Below, one piece after another: positions 10,254 through 20,682 of a DNA stretch of 64,000 nucleotides; position 1 is the stretch's first letter, and each line of letters begins with the position of its first letter. Position numbers and translations under genes: made by a program. Source of the DNA: Candidatus Latescibacterota bacterium (GTDB lineage Bacteria; Latescibacterota; UBA2968; GCA-2709665). The notes under the pieces were generated by a model, which saw nothing but the letters and a program-made list of their open reading frames with translations, was not told where the DNA came from and ran no database searches. Where the stretch lies: assembly GCA_965116875.1 (NCBI GenBank), contig OZ220733.1:864001-928000 (forward strand). Reading direction: 5' to 3'.

Positions 10254-10288
10254 GCCTGCCTGCGCAGCGTACTGCGCTGCAGGCAGGC
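10254..10288. repeat. Palindromic hairpin GCCTGCCTGC..GCAGGCAGGC
   Basis: Perfect 10-bp inverted arms between the GWxTD and TonB genes. Confidence 0.5.
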
Positions 10289-10367
10289 CGGTCGGGAACT
10301 CAACGGTAATTCTAAAAACAGCCTCTCATGCGGCTTCGGGCGGGCGTCCCAATGCCCGCGCCATGTG

Positions 10368-13139
10368 CTATCGCGTCGCTTCCCTGACCCAGAAGAGGCC
10401 CTCTTTGGTGGTCCGCTGTCCGCTGTTCATATCCTTTACGGTCATCCGGACCCTGCGGCGCCCCGCTGCGGTCTCCCCGATATCCAGCGCCACGTAGTCC
10501 GATACGGATACCTCGGTCCCGGTCTGTTCGTAGCGTACGGTCACGGCCGATTCCGAACGCCCCAGGACCCGTGTCGTCAGGCGCGAAAGGCTCGTACCGC
10601 TTTCATCGGTACTGTAGACCTCGTAAACCACCTCGTAGCGCGTCGTCCCGAATTCGTCCTTCTTGAGATTGTAGATCTCGAAAAAGACGAACACGTGCTG
10701 CCCCGCGTCGAAGACATGCGAAGGCAGCGGCGTGATATTCCATTTGCCGCGGACGAACTTCGGATCGGAACCCGGCATCGCGGCCGTCACCTGCTTCGCG
10801 ACGAACAGATCGCTCAGTTTCAGTCCTTCCCCGGAATAGTCCTCCACGGAGAGCTTCTGCGAATACGCCTGCAGGCGTTTCGTGTTGTGCCGCTGCACCT
10901 GCAGGGCCAGTTCGTAGTCCCCCGCCTGCACGTCGAGGAGATCCACCCGGTCCAGAAGAGCCCGGTCGCGCCGCCGTCCCGAGACCGGCACCTCCAGATC
11001 CTGCTGCAGCGCCAGCACTTTCGTGTACCGGGCGTCCATCAGCGCGACTCGCCGATTCACCATCACGTCGTCCTCCGTTTCCCCGGGAAGCGCGACGTTT
11101 TCGATGGGTATGCCCACGTTTACCTGAATCTCCGTTCCGCCATTCTTCCCGCGGAAAGTGACTACGTCATAGCTGAAGTCCAGCGCCTCGAAACCCGTTA
11201 CGCTGAAGTACTCCGGCTCTTCCCGCGACACGGACGCAACACGGGTTGAGGGCGAAAGTTCCGTAAGCCGTTGCATGAGCCGCACGTAGCCCATCTGCCC
11301 CACGTGCGGGTCCTTGTCCAGGTTCTTGAGATCCTGGCTGTTTACTCCGGGCACGGGCGCGTATTCGTAAACGCCGGAGTTCTGTTCATCCGTGAAGGCG
11401 ACTTCCAGTCCCTTTCCCACGCCTGCATATACCCAGACCTCCCAGGGAACCGACGCCCAGTTGTGCCCCGTCGTTACCGGCTTCCACCCGCTCAACCCGA
11501 TCGCGAATTCGGGGTCCAGATCGATGCCGGCCTGTATGGGAGAGTCTTCGAGGTCTATCAGTTGCTGCGGCGACGCGGCGGGATTGCCCTCGGCGCCCGG
11601 TTCGGCCTGATCGGGTGCAAACACGGCCAGATCGAGCTCCTCGATTACAGCAGCCTGCAAGTCGCGCCGGATGTCCTCGCTGGGCTCGAGGAAGGAACCC
11701 AGATCCGTACGTATCGGAAAGACGGGTCCCACGAAACTGATGCCGAGTCCCTGTGCGCCGTACAGCTGGTAGGCCATGTTGTCCTGCACGCGTTCCACGG
11801 CGGGAGGGACCTTCGGATTCGGCTGTATCGAGGAGGAGCGGTAGTCCGGTACCCCGTACCTGATGTACACTTCGCCGCGGCGGTCCCAGGGCCACTTAAG
11901 CGTTCCATAATTCGTCCGGGCGTACCACACCCGACGATGGTGCTCGGCGCGACGCATCGCGCCGCGTGAGGCCTTGAACGGGTCGTGGCGGAGCCAGAAG
12001 CGCTGCAGAAACGCGGCCCGCTTCTCGGGAGGCGTGATGCGATACGCCTCAATCTCATGCGGCAGCCCCACCAGCGATACGTCCCGGTAGAGCGCCTGTT
12101 CTTCCGGGTCCAGGCTTTCAACGTAGACCTTGAACGCCCGCAGTGCGCCTTCGTAATCGCCACGCGCCATGAGCGCCTGCGCCAGGAGCGGCAACGCGAG
12201 GTCCTCGGACATCAGGGACGTCAGGGTTTCAACCTCTTTGTACCGTTCCTTTTCCAGCAACTCGTTGGCAAATGCCAGCGCCGCGGTCTGATCCGCCGGC
12301 TTCAGTTCCAGGTATTTTTCGAAATATACCATTGCGCCATGCAGATCGCCCTCCTCACGGTGTGACTCTGCCAGCAGCAGATGAGCCGGCGCAAGGCGTG
12401 AATCGAACTCGAGGGCCCGGTCCGCGGCCTGCCTCGCCCCCGGTCGCCCGGTTTCCTGGTAGGCCCTGGCAAGCAGGTAGTGCGCTTCGGCATTGGTGGA
12501 ATCGGCGCTCAGTGCGGCTTCCAGGTGCGGCAGCGCCGCCTCCGGGTCGGACGCCTGTTCGAGCGCCAGCCTGCCCAGGCCGCTATGCGCGGTGGTCTGT
12601 TTCGGGTCGAATCCCACCGCCCGTTCAAACGCCGTGCGCGCACTGTCCGGGGCGCCGGCTACAAGAAGCTGGCGCCCGACCTGAGCCAGGGCCCGCGCCA
12701 GATACGTTTGCGTCCAGGTATACGTGGGATCGGCCCTCAACGCCGCCTCCAGATGAGGCAACGCCGCTTCGGGGTCTCCCTCCAGTTCGAGGGCCACCCG
12801 TCCGAGGCCGCAATGCGCCGTGGCCAGCTTCGGGTCGAATCCCACCGCCCGTTCAAATGCCGAGCGCGCGGCGCCGGCACTGCCCACCCGCAGGTACAGC
12901 ATGCCAACCCGGTTCAGAACGAGTCCCGCGTGGTCCGGATGGTCGACGAGCGCCCGTTCCAACGCCTTCGCCGCCGCCACCACCGCCGGCACGTCACGGG
13001 CTTTCAGGCCCCTTGCGTACACGGCATCCAGTTCAGACAACGACGTTCCGGCGGCAGGCGCGTTAACCGGCCATTGCAAGGCGATGATCAGCGCAGAAAC
13101 CAACAACAGGCGAACACACCGCAATTGTCGATCTTTCAT
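10368..13139 (-). CDS. TPR-repeat GWxTD-domain protein
   Basis: Signal peptide, N-terminal TPRs, FWLRHDP..EHHRRVWYA..WDRRGEVYIRYGVPD motif. Confidence 0.85.
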   Translation of the reverse strand: MKDRQLRCVRLLLVSALIIALQWPVNAPAAGTSLSELDAVYARGLKARDVPAVVAAAKALERALVDHPDHAGLVLNRVGMLYLRVGSAGAARSAFERAVGFDPKLATAHCGLGRVALELEGDPEAALPHLEAALRADPTYTWTQTYLARALAQVGRQLLVAGAPDSARTAFERAVGFDPKQTTAHSGLGRLALEQASDPEAALPHLEAALSADSTNAEAHYLLARAYQETGRPGARQAADRALEFDSRLAPAHLLLAESHREEGDLHGAMVYFEKYLELKPADQTAALAFANELLEKERYKEVETLTSLMSEDLALPLLAQALMARGDYEGALRAFKVYVESLDPEEQALYRDVSLVGLPHEIEAYRITPPEKRAAFLQRFWLRHDPFKASRGAMRRAEHHRRVWYARTNYGTLKWPWDRRGEVYIRYGVPDYRSSSIQPNPKVPPAVERVQDNMAYQLYGAQGLGISFVGPVFPIRTDLGSFLEPSEDIRRDLQAAVIEELDLAVFAPDQAEPGAEGNPAASPQQLIDLEDSPIQAGIDLDPEFAIGLSGWKPVTTGHNWASVPWEVWVYAGVGKGLEVAFTDEQNSGVYEYAPVPGVNSQDLKNLDKDPHVGQMGYVRLMQRLTELSPSTRVASVSREEPEYFSVTGFEALDFSYDVVTFRGKNGGTEIQVNVGIPIENVALPGETEDDVMVNRRVALMDARYTKVLALQQDLEVPVSGRRRDRALLDRVDLLDVQAGDYELALQVQRHNTKRLQAYSQKLSVEDYSGEGLKLSDLFVAKQVTAAMPGSDPKFVRGKWNITPLPSHVFDAGQHVFVFFEIYNLKKDEFGTTRYEVVYEVYSTDESGTSLSRLTTRVLGRSESAVTVRYEQTGTEVSVSDYVALDIGETAAGRRRVRMTVKDMNSGQRTTKEGLFWVREATR

Positions 13140-13227
13140 GTACCGACGTCTCCCCGGTAAACAGACAGGCGGCCCTGTCGCGAAACAAAGCCGCCTGGCG
13201 GTTCATTCGAATTGCGCTTCTGTTCGG

Positions 13228-14202
13228 TCAGAACGATCCGGTCACGGAAAACCGCAGGGTCGCGCCGTTATCGGGAAAATTGTCGAACTTCACGTAGGCG
13301 AAATCCGCCTGCACGTGATGAATCCCGCGCTGCAGACGGACGCCCGCCCCTGCGGTAACGTCCTGCACGTCGTAACCCAGCTTGTAACCGGCCCGAAGCG
13401 CGACGATGTTCCGCAGCCAGAGTTCGGCGCCCACGTGCATCCGCCGTTCGACGCTGACGCTGTAGAGCGCCTCGACCGCGCCGGTCAGCGAGACGTCTTC
13501 CCCGCGCTCCCCGTAGACCTCAGCCGCTGTTGCCATGCTGAAGAAAACCGGCATCTTGCCCTTGATGGCTTCGTCCGTGAGGAGTACGAGGTCCTTCCCG
13601 AAGTTGCGCAGCGACATGCCGATGCGCAGGCTCCGGTATCCGGTATGGTAGAAGGTGCCCACCGCCAGGTCGAAAACGCGGTAGTCGTAACCCTTGTCGA
13701 GCTTCTCCTCGATCACCCGAGCCTGAAATCCCACGGAGAAGCGCTCCGTAAACTGCCGGGCATAGACCCCGCCCACCGCCCAGCTTCCGGTGTCCAGGAT
13801 CCGGCCCGTCCCCTCCGGATTGAAAATGGTGGTTTCTTCGATATCGCCGGTATTGAATGCCACCAGACTCAGGGCGAGGGCGCCGTAGTCGGTATTGACG
13901 CCGATCGCCGCGGAGTTCAACTGGGACTCCAGGAGCCACTGGGTGTTCGTGAATGCAAACTGCAGCCGGTTGCGCGTCATGGCCGTGAGCCCGGCGGGAT
14001 TCCAGAACACCGAATTGATGTCGTCCGCCACGGCCACGTACGCGTCTCCCATCCCGGCTGCGCGCGCGCTCTGGGATATCTCCAGGAAGGCCGCATAGGT
14101 CTCGCCCACCGGTGTCTGGTTGGAGATATCGGCCAACGCCGGGGCGCCCAGCAAGAGGACGCCGACAAGCGCCGCATAGCCGATCCGATGAATGCGCCTC
14201 AT
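13228..14202 (-). CDS. PorV/PorQ family outer-membrane barrel
   Basis: FLEISQSARAAGMGDAYVAVADDINSVFWNPAGL motif; C-terminal Phe. Confidence 0.9.
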   Translation of the reverse strand: MRRIHRIGYAALVGVLLLGAPALADISNQTPVGETYAAFLEISQSARAAGMGDAYVAVADDINSVFWNPAGLTAMTRNRLQFAFTNTQWLLESQLNSAAIGVNTDYGALALSLVAFNTGDIEETTIFNPEGTGRILDTGSWAVGGVYARQFTERFSVGFQARVIEEKLDKGYDYRVFDLAVGTFYHTGYRSLRIGMSLRNFGKDLVLLTDEAIKGKMPVFFSMATAAEVYGERGEDVSLTGAVEALYSVSVERRMHVGAELWLRNIVALRAGYKLGYDVQDVTAGAGVRLQRGIHHVQADFAYVKFDNFPDNGATLRFSVTGSF

Positions 14203-14212
14203 GGCGACCTCC

Positions 14213-16741
14213 TTAGCGAATGATGACCAGCTTGGCGCCCTTCACCTGTCCCTGAGATTCCGACACCAGGGATTCGACGGTGACGAAGTAAACGCCGAAG
14301 GTCAACTGTGTGATGTGCGTTCTGTTGAACTGGAAGAAGGCCGCTTCGCCCTCTGTCTGCGAATCGTGGTCGACCTCGCCCACGAGGTCGCCAGCTACCG
14401 AGAAAATCCTGATCTTGGCCTTCCTGGGAACGTTCAGGATGCGGATCTTGGTTGAGCCCTCGTAGGTGTGCGGCGACTCGGGGATGTACGGATTCGGCAC
14501 AATGAGGATATCCTTTTCCAGCCGGTCCGCGCTGGCCGTGGGCACCTGCACGGGGCTGTCGGGCGCCGATCCCGAGGGGGGCAGATAGTAGGTGGAAACG
14601 TCTCCGATTCCGGATTCGTAGGCCCGGACACCGCCCTCCACCGTGGCGCCCGTAACCCGGCTGGCGAATCCGGAATTGGCGCTGCCCTGGTAGGAGCGCA
14701 CGGCATAATAATACTGGAATCCCGCGAGCGACTCCGTGTCTTCATACGCGTATTCCGCGGAGCCGTTCGCCGGTACGTCCTGGATCATCTTCCAGAGGCC
14801 CGGCTGGGTCTCGGACTGGTATACGCGGTAACCCGCGACGTCGGATTGCCCGGTATCGGGGTTGATCGATTTCTCCGGGTCGCCCGTCCAGGTAATCAGG
14901 TTGCGGGCGTTCTCGGAAGACGACACCCTCGCGTCCACGTCGGGAGGCTGGTTGGGAAGGTCGTAACCCAGCGCATAGGCCTCCTTGGCCTTATTCAGGT
15001 GGTTGAGGAGGTTGGTGAACGCGGCGCCGTTCTCCTCCTTCTTGAGCTCGCTGGTGTCTCCGGACTTCTGGTAAGCCCGGAAGTTCTCGGTGACCGGCGC
15101 GGCCGCCACGTAGGCAAACACGAACTTCACCTTCTGTCCGGGCGCCAGGTCATAGGGGCCGTAGGTTTCCAGGGGGGTGTAGCCCGCGGCGATGCCGTGC
15201 CTGCCCTCCCACTCCCAGGTGGGGATGGGCATATACGGCATAGGGCCTAACGGGACCTCCGGAATCGGGAGCAGCGGCACGCCCAGGTTGGGATTTCCAG
15301 AACCCCTGCTCGGGCGTTCCAGAAGCGGCTCGTTGAAATAGGACGGTTCCGGCGTGCTGACCAGCATCTGGTAGAGCGTCTCGTGGTTCATCTCATTGGG
15401 GTTCGGTTCGTCCGTGAGTAACCCGACGGCGGCCGCCGCGCTGGACGGATACCGGTACAGAAAATGGAAGAAGTTGTACGAGAACGGCTGCTCAGGAACC
15501 TTCGGCGCCTCGTAGCTCTCCGGATCGCCCACGAACCCGTCCGTGGGATCGACGTCGATCGGGGCCTTGCCGATCCATGCCGGTGACGTGATGTCCCCGA
15601 CGCCGATAAGACTTGGGAACGTACACTGCGCGCACCTGTGTTCGGAGCGGTACGGATCGCCGATATCGTCCGCCAGCGGCCCTGTCAGGCAGAAGTTGTC
15701 CCAGTCGTACTGGTAGGTCAGCCGGAGGCCGCGCGCGGATGCCGGACCGTCGTAATTGGGCGCCTCCGTATACTTGATCTTGTCGTCCTGGGAATTGTCC
15801 AGGGGTCCGAAATTGCTGCTGCACCCGTCTCCCGTGCCGTAGTCGGAATAGTACGCCCTGTAACTGACCCGGGAAACGCCCGCGGATGACGGCAGGAACC
15901 GGTGATGGAAGGAAAAATAGACGTTCGTGAGATTGTGCCCGCCGCCGGCGAGGTCGGACGCGCGATCGCCGTCGGTATCCCCGGTGTTCTCGAACACCCA
16001 CTCGGTGATCACGAAATCGTCGTATTCCGGGTGGTTCCACGCAAAAGCCGCCTTCTCACCCGTAATGCCCAGCCCGGTGGTCCACTTGCTCAGAACGATG
16101 TCTTCAGGAAAATTGTCGGTGGAAGCGTCGTTGTACTGGCCGATGCGGTAATTCAGGATTTCCCTGGGCTCCAGCGCATCCAGATCCACCCCGGTGCCCG
16201 GCCACCAGTTGGCCATCGATCGCCCCGAATTGGGGCTGACCACGTCGCTGCCCAACCCCGCGTACTTGCCCCTGAAGTCCACGCTGGGATCCACCGCCAT
16301 CGCCACGACGTCTTCGCTTTCTTCCATCGCCGATATGAGGGGGTTGGCCCAGCTCACCGCGGCCTCGCCGTTCACTTTGGTGGCGATCCACCATCCGTGG
16401 CCGCGGCCGTTGTGCGACGTCAGATCCACGTGCATGCTCCCGGCGCTGCGCTGTTCCCCGTAGTAGGCGGAAAAGTCGTTCGTTCCGCCGCCGCCCCAGC
16501 TGATCAGCGCGAACCCAGGATAGGCCAGATCCAGATAGAGGCCGGCATAGTTCCCTTCCACGGGCCGAGCCCCTTCGGCGCCAGTGCTGAGAAAGCTGTG
16601 CCAGAGGGTGCCGCGCGCGAGGTGCCGGGGCGTCAGCGACTCACCGGCCAGGTTGGAGACGGTCGCCCGCTGGGCCTCGGCCGGACGCCAGAACGCGCCT
16701 GCGATCAGGAGTGCGCCTGTAATGATGGTTATGCGTCTCAT
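14213..16741 (-). CDS. Large secreted protein with FN3-like and T9SS CTD-like C-terminus
   Basis: Signal peptide; AGYRVY..YYYAVRSY; IVPNPY..IRIFSVAGDLV..GVYF..KLVIIR. Confidence 0.75.
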   Translation of the reverse strand: MRRITIITGALLIAGAFWRPAEAQRATVSNLAGESLTPRHLARGTLWHSFLSTGAEGARPVEGNYAGLYLDLAYPGFALISWGGGGTNDFSAYYGEQRSAGSMHVDLTSHNGRGHGWWIATKVNGEAAVSWANPLISAMEESEDVVAMAVDPSVDFRGKYAGLGSDVVSPNSGRSMANWWPGTGVDLDALEPREILNYRIGQYNDASTDNFPEDIVLSKWTTGLGITGEKAAFAWNHPEYDDFVITEWVFENTGDTDGDRASDLAGGGHNLTNVYFSFHHRFLPSSAGVSRVSYRAYYSDYGTGDGCSSNFGPLDNSQDDKIKYTEAPNYDGPASARGLRLTYQYDWDNFCLTGPLADDIGDPYRSEHRCAQCTFPSLIGVGDITSPAWIGKAPIDVDPTDGFVGDPESYEAPKVPEQPFSYNFFHFLYRYPSSAAAAVGLLTDEPNPNEMNHETLYQMLVSTPEPSYFNEPLLERPSRGSGNPNLGVPLLPIPEVPLGPMPYMPIPTWEWEGRHGIAAGYTPLETYGPYDLAPGQKVKFVFAYVAAAPVTENFRAYQKSGDTSELKKEENGAAFTNLLNHLNKAKEAYALGYDLPNQPPDVDARVSSSENARNLITWTGDPEKSINPDTGQSDVAGYRVYQSETQPGLWKMIQDVPANGSAEYAYEDTESLAGFQYYYAVRSYQGSANSGFASRVTGATVEGGVRAYESGIGDVSTYYLPPSGSAPDSPVQVPTASADRLEKDILIVPNPYIPESPHTYEGSTKIRILNVPRKAKIRIFSVAGDLVGEVDHDSQTEGEAAFFQFNRTHITQLTFGVYFVTVESLVSESQGQVKGAKLVIIR

Positions 16742-16802
16742 TGATTTTCTCCCCGCCTGTTTGCGCCGGGGCAGCCGCGCCGCCCCGGCGTCAGATACAT
16801 AC

Positions 16803-19800
16803 CTAGAAACCGATCCGCACGCCCATATTCACGTACCTCGGCGTTCCGCCGCGCCTGAAATTCGAGTCTCCGTACTTCAGGTAATTGGTGTCGTTGGGTG
16901 TGGGCTTCTTCAGGCCCCAGCGCACATAGTTGGAGCCGGAGGAGCCGTCGTAGAAGGTATTGAACAGGTTGAACACCTCCGCGTACAACGTGGGGGTGGT
17001 TTCCCCGATCCTGAACGACTTCTGGAAGTTGAGGTCGGTCCGGACGAAAATCGGTCGGTTGCGGACGGTCTGCACGCTCGTCCCGGGCAGGGTGATCTGG
17101 AACTGCCGCCCGTTGTCCAGCCGCCAGACCACGTTGGCCTGGATGCCGCCCAGGATCCTGGCGCCGCCGATTTCTTCGCCCGGCCCCCAGTCCATCGGCG
17201 TGGACCAGAGGAACTGGAAGGAGGCATTCGTGGTGGGCGGCTGCCCCCGGAACGCGTCCACCTGACGCCAGACGTCCTCGAACCAGAGGTTCTGCATCTC
17301 CTGCTTCTCTGATTCGCTCAAGCCGGGATATTCGCTCCAGGGACGTATCGCATCGAGCCGGTTCGTTCCCCACCCCCCGACGAACGTCGTTCCGTCCTGC
17401 AGTTTCTTTCGGATCGCCTCGTTCGCCCTGTGGCCGATCGTCCGGATTTCATCGTCGGTCAGACGAACAATTTCGTCATTCGCATCGACCGTGAAGTATT
17501 TCGAACTGGCAATGAAGTTGGAGTCCGGAAACGTCGTAACCTGAAGCTGTGAACCGCCCGACCAGTTGAAGAGCACCCAACTCACGTCCAGACCCACCCG
17601 GAATGAGAAGTTGTTGGAAAATGCCTTTGTGAAACCCATCTCGATACCCTTGGTTTCCAGGCGGGCGTTGGGACCGCGGTGACCCACGTAGGTAAGGGTC
17701 TGCACCGGATCCGAGAACCGATGCACCCCGCCCGAACCAACCCGTTCGGTCCGGCGGTAGTAGGTGGAAAGCTCCATCACGAAGTCGCTGACGAAGTTCC
17801 ACTCCCCGGTCACCTCGAACTCGGCGGTGCTCGGCAACCCCCCCGGGTTCTGATAGCCGCCGTCGAGCCGCCACTGCCCGCCCCCGATCCAGTTCAGATC
17901 GAACCAGACGTCGTCCAGTTCGGGGTGGTTCTGGGCGTCGGACGTGGTCCAGGGTTCCAGCCACAGCAGGGAGAATTGCGGGGGTTTGTAGTACACGCCG
18001 TAGGAATACCGCACGGTGGACCGTTCGGTGATCGGGTGGGACAGACCGATCCGCGGCGACAGGCTCGTCATCGGCCGCGTCTTCGCCAGCGGCACCCGCC
18101 CCGTGCGCCAGGCCTTGTAGGTCCTCCAGCCCGGCAGTGCCTTCATAAAGCCGGACAGAGTCCGCTCGGGCCCGCCCCAGAAGCTGTCGAAGCGAAGGCC
18201 TGCGTGCAGCACGAGGCCCTGGAACTCCAGCTTTTCGTCGACGTAAGCGGCCAGCCGGTTCACCGTATACCGCTTGCCGGGCTCGCTGTTGCCGGCCATG
18301 ATCTTCATCGTGGCGTTGGTCGCGCTGGACCGGTTGTAGTCCCAGTTGAGGTTGCTCATGTTCTGAAACACGAAACCGGCCTTGAAGAGATTCCGCCGGG
18401 TAAGCTGACCGGTGAAGTCGTACCGCAGGCTGTACCTGTTGTTGTCTTCCACCACGATGCGCCGGCGTTCCCGGTCTATGTTGAACTGCCCCAGCTTGTC
18501 CCTTCGCCAGGACGTCGTCGTGGCGTCGACGTCATCACCCGGGTCCGTTTTCGTCCCGTAGTACCCCACCTGGAATTCGTGGAACATCCGGGGGTTGATG
18601 CTCTGGGTGCCCGTTACGTAGAAGATCCGGTTGACCCGGTTCTGCTGGTACCCGGTCGTGCCGTTGATGAGGAAGAGGTTACCCCCCACCGAACGGTTGG
18701 CGTCGCCGAAGAACGTGGGCTCGTTGGACTGATTGAAGCCCAGCTTGACCTTGAGGTTCGGCGACGGGGTGAAGCTGATTTTTCCGAAGATGCTGTGCTG
18801 CCGCAGCCCCGTCAGCGTGGGCGCGGGCAGAGTAATCTTGCCGCGACTGGTTTTCCCGCTCACCACGAACGTGGCGTTCTCGCCCAGAGGACCGGTGACC
18901 CATCCCTCCACGAAATGTCCGACCGAACTCTCGTAGTCCTGCTTGACGTGGATCAGCTGCCCGGTGTCCGGGTCTTTCTCGTTCACCCATTCGGAGTTGT
19001 TCCACTGCAGCCTGTCGCGCCAGTACCCGTTCGCCCCGCCGCGCTGCCCCGGCGTGGCGTCGTACACGTTGGCGCCGCGGTGCCGCTTGCCGGGCAATTC
19101 CACCCTGAGGTCGAGGCCGCCCCGGTAAATCCGCGTGCCTTCCCTGCTGATGATGTTCACCACCCCCGCGGGCGACGAGGCCTGCGAGGCGTCCGCCCCG
19201 CCCCTGACCAGCCCCATCTCACCGACGGCGGTTACCGGCAGGTTCGTGTACTGCCGAACGCCCGTCTGCTGCGAGGTGTCCAGGTTCATCAACTCGATAC
19301 CGTCGAAGGTCCAGGTCTGCGCCGCGCGCATCGAATAATAGCTCATATGCCGGATGCGCACGCCGTTGCCGGGACTGTCGTTCACGTTCGTGCCCACGGC
19401 GTACTGCAGGTGCTCCCTGACGCCCCTGATGATGGGTACCTGCTCGATCTCCTGAGAGGATATCTTCGCCTCGCTGGACGTCCGGTCCACCTCCACCAGG
19501 GGCCGTTCTGCCCTCACCACGATTTCCGCGGCCTCCAGCGCCGATTCCCGCAGCGTAAAATCGGACACCGTCGTCAGGCCCGCGGCCACCTTGACCCGCT
19601 CCCGAATCACCGCCTCGAAACCGACCATCGATGCCTTCAGGGTGTATAGCCCGGGCTCGACACCGATGATGACGTAATACCCTTCGCTGTCGGACGTCGC
19701 ACCGAAGCGCGTCCCTTCCACCACGACGTTGGCCCCGGGCAGGGCGCCGCCGTCCGCGTCGGTCACCTGTCCGGTAATCTTGCCGTAGAAGGTCTGGGAC

Positions 19801-19865
19801 TGCGCCGGCCCCGCCAGCAGGCATAGCGCCGCAATGATGCCCAAAACCAATAATCCACGCCTCAT
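16803..19865 (-). CDS. TonB-dependent receptor with carboxypeptidase-regulatory-like N-terminal domain
   Basis: GKITGQVTDA..LPGANVVVEGT; SPRIGLSHPITE; PRYVNMGVRIGF terminal; AAGGAG RBS before ATG at 19865. Confidence 0.9.
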   Translation of the reverse strand: MRRGLLVLGIIAALCLLAGPAQSQTFYGKITGQVTDADGGALPGANVVVEGTRFGATSDSEGYYVIIGVEPGLYTLKASMVGFEAVIRERVKVAAGLTTVSDFTLRESALEAAEIVVRAERPLVEVDRTSSEAKISSQEIEQVPIIRGVREHLQYAVGTNVNDSPGNGVRIRHMSYYSMRAAQTWTFDGIELMNLDTSQQTGVRQYTNLPVTAVGEMGLVRGGADASQASSPAGVVNIISREGTRIYRGGLDLRVELPGKRHRGANVYDATPGQRGGANGYWRDRLQWNNSEWVNEKDPDTGQLIHVKQDYESSVGHFVEGWVTGPLGENATFVVSGKTSRGKITLPAPTLTGLRQHSIFGKISFTPSPNLKVKLGFNQSNEPTFFGDANRSVGGNLFLINGTTGYQQNRVNRIFYVTGTQSINPRMFHEFQVGYYGTKTDPGDDVDATTTSWRRDKLGQFNIDRERRRIVVEDNNRYSLRYDFTGQLTRRNLFKAGFVFQNMSNLNWDYNRSSATNATMKIMAGNSEPGKRYTVNRLAAYVDEKLEFQGLVLHAGLRFDSFWGGPERTLSGFMKALPGWRTYKAWRTGRVPLAKTRPMTSLSPRIGLSHPITERSTVRYSYGVYYKPPQFSLLWLEPWTTSDAQNHPELDDVWFDLNWIGGGQWRLDGGYQNPGGLPSTAEFEVTGEWNFVSDFVMELSTYYRRTERVGSGGVHRFSDPVQTLTYVGHRGPNARLETKGIEMGFTKAFSNNFSFRVGLDVSWVLFNWSGGSQLQVTTFPDSNFIASSKYFTVDANDEIVRLTDDEIRTIGHRANEAIRKKLQDGTTFVGGWGTNRLDAIRPWSEYPGLSESEKQEMQNLWFEDVWRQVDAFRGQPPTTNASFQFLWSTPMDWGPGEEIGGARILGGIQANVVWRLDNGRQFQITLPGTSVQTVRNRPIFVRTDLNFQKSFRIGETTPTLYAEVFNLFNTFYDGSSGSNYVRWGLKKPTPNDTNYLKYGDSNFRRGGTPRYVNMGVRIGF

Positions 19866-20016
19866 ACGCCAACTCCTTAGCTGATAGATCCGTGTACGAT
19901 CCAACCGTCGAATTCTCATTACTCCGGGATCCTCTCCATAGGCGATCCTCCCTGTCTGTTGCCAAACCGGTTGAAGTGGATTCAAGACAGTTTCGAACGG
20001 ATCTCCGGTAAAGGGT

Positions 20017-20682
20017 TCATTCGCCCGCGCCGAAGTCCCCCGCGAAGCTGATAAAGTCCTGGAAGTTTATGGTGTCGTCTCCATTCAGGTCGAATACCGG
20101 ATTGAACTCCGCGTCGCCCCGGCTCCTTCCGAATGCAGCAGCGAAGCTCGCGAAGTCCGCAAAGTCAACCTTCCCGTCCGCGTTGAAGTCGGACCGGAGC
20201 CGCGAAGTCACGGGAATGCTGCTGAAGACTCCGGGATTGCTCAACGACAGGATCCGGCCCGGCGCAGGGTCGCCGACCCGCCATGCGCCCGCCGGATCGC
20301 CGAGTTCCATGCCGTTCGTGAATCCGTCCCGGTCGGAGTCAAGCAGCGCCAGGCTTGGCCCCCACACGACGTTTCCGGAATATCCGGCCTGGGACAGAAA
20401 CCCACTCTTTATCGTCACTCCGAAGGCGTTCAGAGGACCCCCGCCGCCGGTGTACGTGTGGCAACTGGCGCAGATCTCGTCGCCTTCGTTTATGGCTTCA
20501 TGCGTCGACTCCGAAAGCGGAATATCGAGCCTTGTGGTTGTTCTGCCCCGGTCGACGTGGCAGGTACGGCACCGGGCCGCGTTGGCATTGGGAACCTGGA
20601 GTACCCGTTTCGGCCGCGCCTCTGTCTCAGGGCGTACCAGGAAGACGAGGACAAGGACAACCGCTGCGGTCCGGGCGTTCAT
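20017..20682 (-). CDS. Secreted protein with two CxxCH motifs and a C-terminal dockerin/EF-hand pair
   Basis: CRTCH, CASCH, GGGGPLNAFG, LDSDRDGFTNGMELGDP, DFNADGKVDFADF, DLNGDDTINFQDF. Confidence 0.75.
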   Translation of the reverse strand: MNARTAAVVLVLVFLVRPETEARPKRVLQVPNANAARCRTCHVDRGRTTTRLDIPLSESTHEAINEGDEICASCHTYTGGGGPLNAFGVTIKSGFLSQAGYSGNVVWGPSLALLDSDRDGFTNGMELGDPAGAWRVGDPAPGRILSLSNPGVFSSIPVTSRLRSDFNADGKVDFADFASFAAAFGRSRGDAEFNPVFDLNGDDTINFQDFISFAGDFGAGE

